Shown here: piece by piece, positions 1-11,306 of the stretch
Position numbering within the stretch: position 1 is the first letter of the stretch
Layout: each line of letters begins with the position of its first letter
Origin: Lophium mytilinum
Lineage: Eukaryota
Assembly: GCA_010093605.1 (NCBI GenBank)
Contig: MU004196.1
Coordinates: 1,572,606-1,613,766, forward strand
Reading direction: 5' to 3'
DNA length: 41,161 nucleotides
Made by a program: the position numbers and the translations under genes
Notes under the pieces: model-generated
Databases searched by the model: none
What the model was told of the DNA's origin: nothing
Seen by the model: the letters and a program-made list of their open reading frames with translations, nothing else

Positions 1-85
1 TAATTCTCTGCTGTACCTCTTGCAGAGTTATTACTCTGCGTCCATTCGTTTTCCAGTCTTTGACTATCGTCACTCATTAATCATA

Positions 86-1760
86 ATGTTCTCCAAAGTC
101 GCGCTCATCACCCTTTCTGTGGCGTCGGTGGCCCTTGCGACGACGATAACAGAAGCATGCCCATCGCAAAACATTATCGTGGATGCTCTAGGCCCTGACG
201 CAACGTCTTATTGCTCTTCTTACCTCTCTATCCAGACTCAAACCGAAACCGACTCTGTCGATGCCACCATGTACGCTGAACCCATCATACGGCCTTCCCC
301 CTCGCGCCACTAACGAGCATTATAGAACCGAAACGGCCACCGAGACGGAGTACGCTGGAACTACAACCATCACGCTTGATAGCATCACGTCGACCGCCAC
401 TGAATGGAGTACCGCCACAACCTGCACATCGTCCGCCGCCCAATCAGCCCAGTCGATATATAAGCGCGGCGCTCCCAAGACGATTATTGTGACTGCTACT
501 ACAACAATCTGTCCTTGTACCGAATCTTCCTCAAAGAAGCCATGCACCGAATCTACTCTTGCTGGGCATTACTCAGCATACGGTCATTCTTCGGCTGCAT
601 ACGGCGTTACCTCCTCTTCGATTTCCACGAAGACTCCATGCACCTCCTCTGAGTCTGCTCATGCCTATGGAGTTTCCTCGACCTACTCGAGCAAGACGCC
701 GTACACTACCGGATTCGCTGGATACGAGCATTCGAGCTACCTCAGCTATTCGGCTGCTTCGCCGTATGGAACGCCTGTCTCCAGCTCCAGCAGCTCGGCG
801 ACCTCTTCGCCTATTTACTCAGTGCCCCAAAATAGCTCTAGCTCTGCCTATGGCACGTCGGTCTATAGCTTTGGGACATCCGTCTATAGCTACAGCTCGG
901 TCTATAGCACGGGTGTGTCGTCGTATGCCCCCGAGACTTCTATAAGCGAGACTCCGTCTTCGAGTTCTGAAAGCTCAAGCATCTACGAGACACCTTCATC
1001 CACTGTTGAAAGCTCGATTTCATCCGAGACACCGTCCTCCACAGGTGAAAGCTCAAGCACCTACGAGACTCCATCCTCGACATCTGAAAGCTCAAGCGTC
1101 TACGAAACACCATCTTCCAGTGCTGAAAGCTCATTGACACCAGAGACTACTCCTTCGCCGACGCCTACGCCGAGCCCTACCCCAACGGACTTCACAGCCG
1201 CGTGTGAATGTCTTTCGCTTACTACCCCTACGCAGACAGTCGTTTCCACAAATTCCGTGACGGTCACCGAGACCGATACCCAGACCATCACCCCCAGTGC
1301 TACCTTCACGCCGACTACAACAATTACAACCACGATGACAAGCACTTCAACCACTCAATGTGCCGCCCCCTCCGTCTGCACGGCGTCCCCTTACTGGGTC
1401 TCGGATTCCTATGATGCCTCAAGCAGTCTGGTCTGCGGCGAGACTCTACAAGCACGAGTTCTCGGCGGCGCGAACTTCGTTGGCGAATCGGGCGCTCCCA
1501 GTCTAGAATACTGCAGAAATCTTGCCAAGAAGTACGGATTCAAAAGCTTCTTTATTCAAGGTGGCATCTGCGCGTACTACAGCGCGTTAACGTCGGCGGT
1601 CCTCTCGGTTCATCCAGGAACCGGTGCTTCTACGGCGGTTTATTACGACGTGGATTGCTTCCAGCAGGTGGATCCTTGTGCTGCAGCTACCTCGAGTGCG
1701 GCGGCTACATCGAGTGCAGCGGCTACGTCGAGTGCTGCTCGCCCTGCGTATAGCGATTAG
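86..1760 (+). CDS. Secreted Ser/Thr-rich (mucin-like) protein with Cys-containing N- and C-terminal modules, ~539 aa; join(86..270,326..1760)
   Basis: Signal peptide MFSKVALITLSVASVALA. Intron 271-325 (GTACGC..ACTAAC..TAG) joins ORF 20..313 to ORF 261..1760 in frame. Very high S/T content, KR dibasic site, Cys-rich C-terminal domain. Confidence 0.85.
948..1148 (+). repeat. Intragenic 39-bp tandem repeat, ~5 units (ETPSSxxESSxxx)
   Basis: ETPSSSSESSSIY / ETPSSTVESSISS / ETPSSTGESSSTY / ETPSSTSESSSVY / ETPSSSAESSLTP, with GAAAGCTC recurring every 39 bp. Confidence 0.9.
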
Positions 1761-2159
1761 AATGGCGCTGTGAAGGATCCTATAAAGGTGTGATGAGATG
1801 CGGGATGATGGCGTGTGGAGGTTTAATGGGATCCAAGAAGGGCGAGTCGGTATACCAATAACCTTGTAATTTAGCTTGACAGCTCATAATCCCTTTTTAA
1901 TAGAACTCCATACCGATGCCACCAAAGTTCCCCCGGCATAGGAAGATAATTCGACACCATAACATCTGGTCTGATCTTGCAAGAGAGGTCTTCTCTTTAT
2001 AGCGTGATGAGTCGTCATTTTCTAGTCCGCATAATTTCTCCTCTTTTGCTTCAACTCGTGGGACTGCTTGCGGAAATTCCCAGTTTCCTGCACATCTCCC
2101 GGGGACGCGGTGGTGAAAACGCGGCACTCCCAATCTAAAGAAGCTGCGTAGGGTTTATA

Positions 2160-2280
2160 CGCTATGTGCCATTGCTTGGTGTGCTTCGATGCGCTTGCAT
2201 GAGTTCGAGCTTGATGAATACTCTTTCAATGGAGCTATCTGAAAAGTCATTGAAGCACTACAAGCAGTGGCAGCTAGGTG
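2160..2280. mobile_element. Copy of the ~122-bp palindromic MITE-like family
   Basis: Arms TGCCATTGCTTGGTGTGCTTCGA / TTGAAGCACTACAAGCAGTGGCA, TA on both flanks. Aligns without gaps to the copies at 21510 and 22860. Confidence 0.8.
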
Positions 2281-3549
2281 TACGTATATTTCCTGGTGCA
2301 CAGCGTACCACCTCTCGATCTCAGCATCGCTAGCGTGAATCTTGCGGTTCGCTACTCTCTTGAAGTTCTGATCACCATCAGCAACATACCCTGGCACGAA
2401 CCGTCAGTATCACTTCCCAATTACACCCGCCGAATCCCCAGAGTTCGTAAAATAAGTTTTTGGTCTATTTTGCCCCGTATCTGCTGTCCCACTCTATTCA
2501 GAGCCTTGTCTCACAAGTTGATCTGCCCCTCCCCTCCGCATGGAACGATGTAGTCGATGGAAATCGATCGTTCGGGCGTTCCTTGGGAGGATACAAATCC
2601 CCGTTGACCTCTCCCCTGCGTCATCAAAAGTAGCGAGAAAGGAGGGAGGTTTTATAGGCACAGGGGAGTTGAAGGAGGTATGGAGACACGTGATCGGAAC
2701 GGGCTGGATGATATCCAGTGCAAATTGGGGAAGAGCGGGAGACGCACGTGCTGTCTCCATTGCTACCGCTTGTTGGGTCTACATACCCATCGTAAACCCT
2801 TCTTTCTGTAGTTACTGATACAAAGTCCTCTCGCGAGGGGTTAAGCGAAATCCCTTAGCGATGTCACTATATGATGGTTTCGCGGCGGATGAACTCACTC
2901 AATGCGGAGACATGGTATGAAAGGGTAGGCCAATGAGAGTTACAGCCAGTCGCTCCCAAGATCTTCATCATAGCAACATCATAGTGACCCCACTAACGCC
3001 CGGTCCCTATCTTGTCTCTCAATATCTAAGAGTAACGCTACTATCACCATCTTAAATCTACGCACTCCACTCCTCTCTCAAACCCTTACCTATCATCATC
3101 ACCACACACTGCCCGTTCTCATCATGCCTCAAAACGTCTAGACACCACCTGACTCAATGCATCTCTGGACACATCTTTTCCTCTTCCCAAGCTCCCTGTT
3201 TTGTCTTTGAGCATTTGTTTGATCCCCTCCGCTCGCCCAACACCACTTCATTATTAGGAATGGAGCATGATGTTGATCCTCCGACCTCCAAAATCCGTCA
3301 TCCCCCATAGCTTAGAAGGGGCGGAAGTTCTGATCTCCGACATCGACAGTATAGCTCGCCTTTTTGCAACTCAAGAACGAAGTCTTACTCCATGACGAAA
3401 CAGAAACAGAAGTGGGCCCGTAGGCTTTTATATGCGATGATAGAGTATGCACGTGCAGGTGAGACATGCGAGCTAATTTGGGTCGTAGGTGGAAGGTTTG
3501 GGGAGCATTAGGCAGTTGAGGGCGGGGAATGGCCATGTGCGAGGCTGTA

Positions 3550-3615
3550 GCTATGAGACAGGGATCTAAATTGAGGAAAGTATGTTGGAGGGATTCAGAG
3601 AGTGGTAAAGGAGTG
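3550..3615. mobile_element. Right-arm fragment of the MITE-like family
   Basis: GGAAAGTATGTTGGAGGGATTCAGAGAGTGGTAAAGGAGTG|TA resembles the family right arm GGAAACTTGTTGAAGNACTCCAAGCAGTGGYRAACAGGTG|TA. Confidence 0.5.
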
Positions 3616-3911
3616 TACGCTGACAGGTACCTAGACCCCGCAATAACCTAGATCGCTCCTACTTCTACAGCAGCAAGCCATCTCGCTCATCGCTTAAATC
3701 CGTTCGCTAACTCCACCTAGGGTTTCTCCAGCTCGGGGTGTATTTCCCAATATGGAAACGCGCGGCCATGAAAGAGCGAACGGTATTTGTGCGATTGCAG
3801 CCAGACAGTCTATAAGAATGGAGGTCATCTCGAAGAACCCACCCGTGCTTCAGCAAGCGCTAGCACCAGATCAGTGCCACTTCTTCCATCCAAGATCCTC
3901 GATTCATCCAA

Positions 3912-4715
3912 ATGGCAACCACAATAGTCCTCATCACTGGTTAGCATGCCGAGTATATACTTAAAGTAATCTCCTAACATCATTTCCCAGGTGCCAATTC
4001 CGGCATAGGCTTCGCAACCTCAAAGGTGCTTGCCTGTGCTTCCTCCACTTTCCACATCATCATCGCCAGCCGCTCCCTCGAGAAAGCCGAAGCCGCAAAG
4101 TCCACCATCGAAGCTGCAAGCCCCAAAGGCAGCCTCTCAACCGTTGTCTTCGACGTCACAGACGAGGAATCCATCGAAGCCACCGCCGCGCTCGTCCAGC
4201 AGCAGTTCGGCCGCCTGGACGTACTAGTGAACAATGCCGGCTCAGGTAGCATGGACATGGACCTCAAGGCTCGCTTCCAGCTCTGCTTGAACACCAACGT
4301 GATAGGGCCCGCGTTGGTGGCCGCGGCATTCAGACCTTTGCTGCTGAAGTCTCAGAACCCGTACTCGATTTTCGTGAGCAGCGGTGAGAGGACGTTGACT
4401 CGGAATGCCCATGAGAAGCCTGCGAGCCATGCGGGTATCAAGAATGGAGATGCTTATCAGGTTAGCAAGGCGGCGTTGAATATGCTTGCGATACTGGAGG
4501 CGAGGGACTATGGTCCGCAGGGGCTGAAGGTGTTTGCGATGAGCCCGGGGTTCGTGCGGTCGAATCTTCGTGGGACGAGTGAGGAGGCGAGGAGTGGGTG
4601 GGGTAGAGCAGGAGATCCGGAGGTTTCGGGGGAGCTTGTGCTGAGTATAGTGGAAGGGAAGCGGGATGGGGACGTAGGGCTTTTCGTGCATCGTGATGGG
4701 GTTTATTCCTGGTGA
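3912..4715 (+). CDS. Short-chain dehydrogenase/reductase, ~250 aa; join(3912..3939,3991..4715)
   Basis: Splicing intron 3940-3990 restores the Rossmann motif VLITGANSGIGF. NNAG motif and catalytic YQVSK are present. Confidence 0.92.
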
Positions 4716-5352
4716 GGAACGAAACTTCGCGCGAGAGCGGAAGCTGTAGCTCTTTACCATAAAAGGAACTCCTCTCTATAGGTCGGGTCTTCAGCTACGT
4801 ACTTATCCACGATCTCAGATGAAAAATCTGGGTCGTTCAGATGATTGCCGAGTTCACCACGGATGTGACAGTTTCCGCTGATGAGCGTCCAACAGTCTCC
4901 ATGTCGTGGCCGACGGGTTCAAGGGGTCATGGTGCCTCGGAACACACAAGTAGCGTCTTCTTGCTGAGAGGCGTCCGGGCCTATATTAGCTACGCCATTG
5001 TCGTCGACAAGTGCGGCAGCCATGTAAACCGGTGGAGTTCTCATTTTGGAACATAGTTACAAGCGACGTTAAGTTTCAAGCTGTGCGGATTAGACGGCCT
5101 CTTGACTAACTAGCGGCTTCGCCGCCAGATTACCCCTTTAGTGGTGTTGAGTGAGCAGTAGTTGGTTTCAATTAACTTTCATTCTATATTATTCTAGGCC
5201 ATGGTACTGTCAGAGCTCGGAATCAATCATCCAGAGGGTGCGATTGAATTGATCTCGGATCTCAAGAAGTACCGACGTCCCTAGTGTTGACCCGAGATCA
5301 ACCAGGGGGTGTGATTGAATTGATTGAACCTGAGCCCGAGGTACCGTGCTTC

Positions 5353-5849
5353 TCACTCGCAGACCAATTTGACAGAATCAGTGTCGTCTCCGCTTCCCCA
5401 CCATCCACAATGGCCCAAGAACTGCCGGCCTTCTACTGCCTCCTTCCCTAAATCCTTACTACAGTCACCATCCTTGAACTTTACAACTAAACATATCATT
5501 AGGCATTAATAGCTTTATACTTGGGGGGACAGGTTCTTACAGTTACAACCCGGCTCAAGTTTAAGAACTCGTATCCCACCAAGCCGAAAACCTTTACCAG
5601 TAGTATTAGACAGCCATTCTATACCGGATATTAGCTTAAATATGATAGTCTTATAACTTGCTTCTAGGAAGCCTTACGAGTGCTTTGGCATTCTGAAAAG
5701 TATCCACCGTCGGGTTTGGGTGATCCATAAGTGAAGGTTTTGTGCTCATCTTCACGAGAACAATTCTTATTTGGATATGCAACGAAGACATTCTCTGCAA
5801 GAGCAGTAGTAGCCAGGAGAACCACAAGTGTGGCAGTGAAGGAGACCAT
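5353..5849 (-). CDS. Small secreted Cys-rich protein, 127 aa, 6 Cys (effector candidate); exons 5849-5678, 5618-5541, 5486-5353
   Basis: Signal peptide MVSFTATLVVLLATTALA. Two canonical introns (GTAAGG..GCTAAT..TAG, 59 nt; GTAAGA..CCTAAT..TAG, 54 nt) give an uninterrupted frame ending SVKLVCE*. Confidence 0.85.
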
Positions 5850-6697
5850 CTTTATCTGTGCGAGCAGTTTTGTTGATAGCAGAGCTGGAGGTATCGAGTG
5901 TGTGTAGAGTACAATCATTTGCATGCAGATGTACGTAGCTTATATAGATTGATTTGTGTGCTGATTAAGGCTCTACCATGGTACCGAGAGTGAGGTCGTC
6001 CTCGTGACCCATGACCTGTCGGGGCGTTTCCCACAGAATATTTCCACTCGGTCGAATCAATAGCCCCTAATTTGAAATAGTGACTCATACGTCTCCGATT
6101 ATATGTGTCTGATAGCTGCCTCGAATTACCTCGTAGCATGTTTCGAGATTGAGGTGACTTACTGAGGTGCACAGCCACAGCGAAAGCCACATTTGATCGC
6201 ATGGCCTAGGTAGGTACCTACACTGGTAGGATGGTCGTCTGTAATCTGGAACATACAATGAAAATTTGACTACTTGTTATCTTGAGCTTCGAAGATTACA
6301 GTGCTTCAAGTTATACGTGCTGTCTTTTTCTTCAAGAAAACTTGCCTTTCTCACTGACAAGAACATCCTAGAGTCTAGAAGGGTTTAGCTAGGACGTCTT
6401 CCCTCACACTCTGCATCGAAAAGCGCGCTCCAGCCGCCCCACCTCAAAAGGAGAAGGTAAATGTCTGCTTCAAGTCTAACCCCTCAAACCCGTACTCGAA
6501 GCGAAATGGCTCCTTGGCAGCGCGCCCTAGGGCCCGACCAAAAACCGTTGCCTGTTGCCTCTCGAAACCCAAACCAGTGAACAATTCCAGTATAAAATGT
6601 CGAAGGCAGAATTTCCCAATCTTCATTCAGTTCACATCCCACTTCCTAAAGATCCTCCCGTTGTCGTATCATTGATTCGGATTATCATTCCCCAATC

Positions 6698-8825
6698 ATG
6701 GACCCTTTCCTCACCCAAAATATAGACCGCTACCGCTCTCTGGTCGCCGCATACGCCCCTCCAGCTCGAAAGCCCGAATCTTCTATACCAAATCCGGACA
6801 TCCAAATCGGCGCCCGCATCCGCCCGATTCTGCCCGATGAAGCGGCGGAAGGGCTGGTTGCGGGTGTGTATCCACGCTCCGCGAGTTTATCGGCCATCGC
6901 AGATGTGCATGAGCTGCGGAAAAGCGTGCGAGGGCAACCTGGACTAACCGTAACTATTCCTCGCTCTCAATGAGACCACCCGATAGTAACTAAATGGGCA
7001 ATAGTCGTCCAGTTATACAGTCGACTGTGTTTTCGGCCCTGATGACTCCACTGGGGATGTTTACAAGGAGCTGGTTGAGCCCTTGGTTCCTTGGGCGTGG
7101 GGCGGTGGCGTTGGCACGCTATTTGCGTATGGGCAGACTGGGTCTGGCAAAACGTTTACGGTAACGGCGATCGAGCGATTGGTGGCGGAGCAGTTGATGG
7201 GAGGTCAATTGGAAGGAGAGAGGGAGGTACATGTCTGCATCTTCGAGCTTGCTGGGAATGTTGCTTTTGGTAAGTTGAAGTGGTCCTTTAGGCATCATCC
7301 CAAACCTTCTTTTTCGTCTTATACTACTTGGCCGTCAATCTGTGTACGCACGTTTACCACCGCTCGGAGTCTTTCGATGCGTTTTCGGACGTCTAGACTC
7401 CTTCAGCCTGAATGATCAGCAACATTCTCAAACCTCCCCAGACGGCGGCCGCTAGAGATCGCAGTTCCAAATCGGAGCACTGTATCATCTCAAAGCACAT
7501 ACCTTAGCTCCATTCCCCCACTAACACCCGCCAGACCTCCTCAACTCCCATAAACGAATCTCCATTCTCGAGGACTCCTTCGGCGCTACCCAACTCGTCG
7601 GCGCCACCGAACATACCCCCATTACCACGTCTGCACTCCTCTCCCTCATCGACAACGCTTCTGCCTTCCGCAAAACCGCCTCCACAGACCGCAACGCCGC
7701 CTCCTCCCGCACCCACGCCATGTGCCGCCTCCGCATCGCCAACCCCGCCATCCCCGCCGCCGATGACGGCCTCCTCTTCCTCGTCGACCTCGCCGGCAGC
7801 GAGGCGGCGCGGGATATTGCAGAGCACAGTGCGGATCGCATGAAAGAGACGCGCGAGATCAACACTAGTCTGTCGATTTTGAAAGACTGTATTCGTGGGC
7901 GCGCGCAGCTGGATGTGGGAGCCGGGAAGGGGAAGGCGCCGTATATCCCCTTCCGCGCCTCGGCGCTAACGAAAACGTTGAAGCACGTTTTTGATCCGGC
8001 GGGGGCGAGGGCGTGCAAGACCGCAGTAGTAGCGTGCGTGAGTCCGAGTGTGGTGGATGCGGGACCGAGTAAGAACACGCTGAGGTATGCCGAGTTGTTG
8101 CGTGTTACCATGCCGAAAGGGAGGGGGCTGGTGGAGAAAGAGAGCGTGCCGGCTAGTTGGGGCAATGAGCGGGTGCAGGAGTGGATCGGGAAGAGTGTAA
8201 GCGAGACGCGTGGATTCAATTTGCGTAAGTGTGTTTTGAGGAAGACGGCTGACATTGAAGGGAATAGTCCGGTACTCCACCGATCTCTGCGTCCCTCCTT
8301 GCGCCCACGGAGACAGGCGCCCAGCTCGTACGCCTCCCGCAGTCTCTTTTTATATCTCGATGTGAGAAAACCCCTGGAGTAAGTAGCGAGCAAGCGCTCG
8401 CATTCTACAGCAAGCTCTGGCGTCTGCACATAGACTCCCAGGCTGCCCAGACCTCCTCCGCGCCCATTCCAAGAGTAATCGCCCAAGCTGAGCCGTCGAC
8501 ACCCTTTGCGTGTCACATCCATCCAGGAATGTTCGTTCGCTACAAGCCGCCTCATCCGACTGGCCTGGACACCAATATCGCAGCTATTTTGTGCCCCGAT
8601 TGGGCCGTCGAGACCGAGGTGAAAGATTATTATGGGAAGGACGTGAAGGGGGTTAGAGGAGAGGGAGAACGACGATATCTGTGTGCCATGGTGGCACCGA
8701 GTATCATGCCCGGCGCATGGGAATTGGACCTGGGGCGGCAGTGCGTGGTAGAGGTAAGGGAAATGGAGGCGGAAGTGCTGATGGAATGGGACGTGGCGAC
8801 GAGGTACTGGTTCATGACTGTATGA
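6698..8825 (+). CDS. Kinesin motor protein (kinesin-13/DSK1-like) with C-terminal extension; join(6698..6949,7005..7269,7535..8196,8268..8825)
   Basis: P-loop FAYGQTGSGKT, switch I NAASSRTH, switch II LVDLAGSE, EINTSL, YIPFRASALTKTL. Three GT-AG introns keep the frame. Subfamily assignment is inference. Confidence 0.9.
7347..7458. mobile_element. MITE-like family copy inside kinesin intron 2 (7270-7534)
   Basis: TA|CGCACGTTTACCACCGCTCGGAGTCTTTCGATGC matches the family left arm. CCCCAGACGGCGGCCGCTAGAG is a degenerate right arm. Confidence 0.65.
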
Positions 8826-8959
8826 GGAACCCGGATTGGGCAAAAAGATGAACAGCATCGAAGATTTGTTGTAGATTTAGAAGGTTCATGTGACGTGGAA
8901 GAAAATATAGGACTCCCCGCGTTATTACTTTAGAAAACGCAACCTCCCGATTCTGCCCT

Positions 8960-10034
8960 CTAATTCGTCGCTGGCAGCACCAACGTACTCCCTGGAGGCC
9001 ATTAGCATATATACTAACTAGATTACCGTTGGAAACTCACCTCCATCTGGATACATAATCTGCTCATTGTAAAATACTCCTCCCTTACCAGCCAACATCA
9101 ACACCGTCGCCGCCATGTCCGTATCTTTCCCCGGCCTCCCTGCAGGATTACTCAACTCCTTGTTAATCACGCTCTTGTTATCCTCTCCGGATTCTCCCGT
9201 AGTCATCTCACTGGGGAACAAGCCCGGCGCAATCACATTCACCCTTACCCCAGTTTTCGCAAACGTAGCTGCAAGCGCCCGACTGAGATGAGTGGCGCCG
9301 GCTTTGCTGGTTCCGTACGCGAATTGCCCACCGCTACTGCCTTTCATAGCACCGGAGATAGAAGTCACGTTGATGATGCTGCTGGTATAACCAGGAGTCT
9401 TTTTGCCGCCCTTGGCGAGGAGCGGGAGGAAGGCCATCGAAGTGTAGAAGATGGCAGTGGTGTTGGTGCGGAATGTATCTTCCCAAGATTCCGGGGTAGA
9501 CTTTAAGAAATGCTCGGAGATCGCTGTTGGGGAAGACATGTCTGGTTCGCCAGCTTCTGAGAACTGCGTGTTCTGGTCACGTGCGATGCCGGCGTTGTTG
9601 ACGAGGAGTTGAATGCCGTCAGGTTCTTTCTTTGAGATCTCTTCTACGAGGTTGAGAATGTCCTTTTTGTCGCTTACATCACTAGTAATGGGAATAATCT
9701 CGCCGGAGCCGGAGTCGTGCTGCTTGTCGGATTGCTTGAGGACGTCGCCGCGGCGGGAGGTGATGTAGACTTTTGCGCCGTTTGCAACAAGCGCTTGGGT
9801 GATCATGAGGCCGATGCCTGTGCCACCGCCCGTCACGATGGCGGTAACGTGGGAGACATCGAAGAGTTTGGAGGACGTGAGGCTTTCGGTGTTTGACTTG
9901 CCGTCAGACATAGTGCGAATAGCAACTTTCGTGATGGGACTGAGATCGGATTGATGGACGTGTTTTGGAATAGCGTTAGATTTGGGAAAGGAAACCTGAG
10001 TGAAGACAGAAAGGCGAGCGATGAAGCGTGACAT
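8960..10034 (-). CDS. Short-chain dehydrogenase/reductase; exons 10034 (or 9911)-9041 and 8991-8960
   Basis: TGGGTGIG, NNAG, YGTSK and VNVIAPGLFPSEMT motifs. A 49-nt intron 9040-8992 (GTGAGT..GCTAAT..CAG) gives the C-terminus YPDGGSTLVLPATN*. Start is ambiguous between two in-frame ATGs. Confidence 0.9.
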
Positions 10035-10102
10035 GGTGTTCTATATGCTCTGGAATGCGGGGAAGAAGCAATGGTACTTCTGCGACTTCGATTTTCACAT
10101 CG

Positions 10103-10129
10103 TGACGTCAACGAGGTTACCGGACGTCA
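10103..10129. promoter_or_regulatory. CRE/ATF-type bZIP sites upstream of the SDR gene
   Basis: Perfect palindrome TGACGTCA at 10103-10110 and near-copy GGACGTCA at 10122-10129, 70-95 bp upstream of ATG 10034. Confidence 0.5.
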
Positions 10130-10310
10130 TAAAGGGTCCATTCCATGACAAAAGACTCCATCGCCTGCCAAAGTCGAGGAAAGGGACACACTTGGTGGGC
10201 ACGAGTCGTGATAATAGCTGGTGCGCGCGATGTTTGTAGTTGAAGTACTGATCTTGAGATAGACGCCGTGCTCCCAGCGCGCTAAGCGTCCGTTGTCATG
10301 TGATTTAGTA

Positions 10311-10432
10311 CATCTCTCTGCCAACGTCTGTGGTTGCTTAGCAAGTCTTCCGAATGTTCATATTCAATAGTGCTGATTGAGTCAGAATGGTCGAGAAGGA
10401 CTCGAGGCACCACAGGCAGCGGCAAATGGGGG
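10311..10432. mobile_element. MITE-like family copy, 122 bp
   Basis: TA|CATCTCTCTGCCAACGTCTGTGG ... GAGGCACCACAGGCAGCGGCAAATGGGGG|TA. Has an 18-bp exact match (10404-10421) to the copy at 31599-31616. Confidence 0.7.
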
Positions 10433-11306
10433 TAGGTTAGTGCTTGGCAAGGGACGAAAATATGGAAGCAACCTTAAGACAGTCGAAATGGAGAAGGTCC
10501 GTTGCCCAGCTCTGGATCGACTAGCCGTCGAATCTGGTCGCATGATTTGATACACCGTCAAAACTCCACTAGGGTTGTTCACTCGGCTTCGATCCGCGAC
10601 TCAATACCTGGAAGAACGCCGGTAAGGTATTCTCATTAACCGCCTTTACAAAAATGTGCCATAGTCGAGTTCATAGCAACGCGTTCGTGGCGCGCGAACA
10701 TTGAACCTAGGGAGTTCCCAAACTCTTGGCTGGAAAGCTCTCGCGCATGAAGCTGCTGCGCGAAATGTTTCACGTGTCGCCCACAGCCACCACGACGCCG
10801 CCCACGCCGCACCAGCCCCCACGCCGGCTGTGAAAACGATTCGCCATCACAATGCGACATAGCAAGTGGTGGCTACGCAAGGCTGCGAATACTGTGGAGG
10901 AGTACCAATGGCGGGGAACGCATCATATACGGCGCAGCGACGGTGAACTCCGAGAGGGGAGTTGCTAGGCACCGGAAAGAAGAATTTTGGTATAAGAGAA
11001 GTGGAATCGACGATAGTGAAGGATACCGCTGAGCTTTCCCCCGTTTTCTTACCATCACACCTCAGTAATCCTTGCCTTTGAACCTCTTTCGCATCGTTAT
11101 TACGTCTCATATTGCACCACCTCTTTGATTCCACCTGGCGGAGTGTCCGTCTCGTATCATCTATTCTACTCTAGAAAAAGGTTCTCGTTCTATACAACAC
11201 ACAACTCCCTTTGTGTTGAGCTTGGATATAGGCTTGTTCCTTTCCTACTCCAATACACAAGCATTCACATCTCCTTCGTGACTGCTCATCACCAACCCTA
11301 CTGGAC

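Noticed and set aside
1897..2760. Multi-exon minus-strand gene from ORFs 2494..2760 and 2155..2397
   Set aside because: No consistent splice path, and 2160-2280 is a repeat copy.
5110..5141. Helitron 3' end (GCGGCTTCGCCGC hairpin then TTAG)
   Set aside because: Short stem, non-canonical terminus, no 5' end or second copy seen.
7521..8858. 445-aa minus-strand ORF and similar long antisense ORFs over the SDR, PPR, MFS and GET1 genes
   Set aside because: Shadows of GC-rich coding sequence on the opposite strand with no recognisable motifs.
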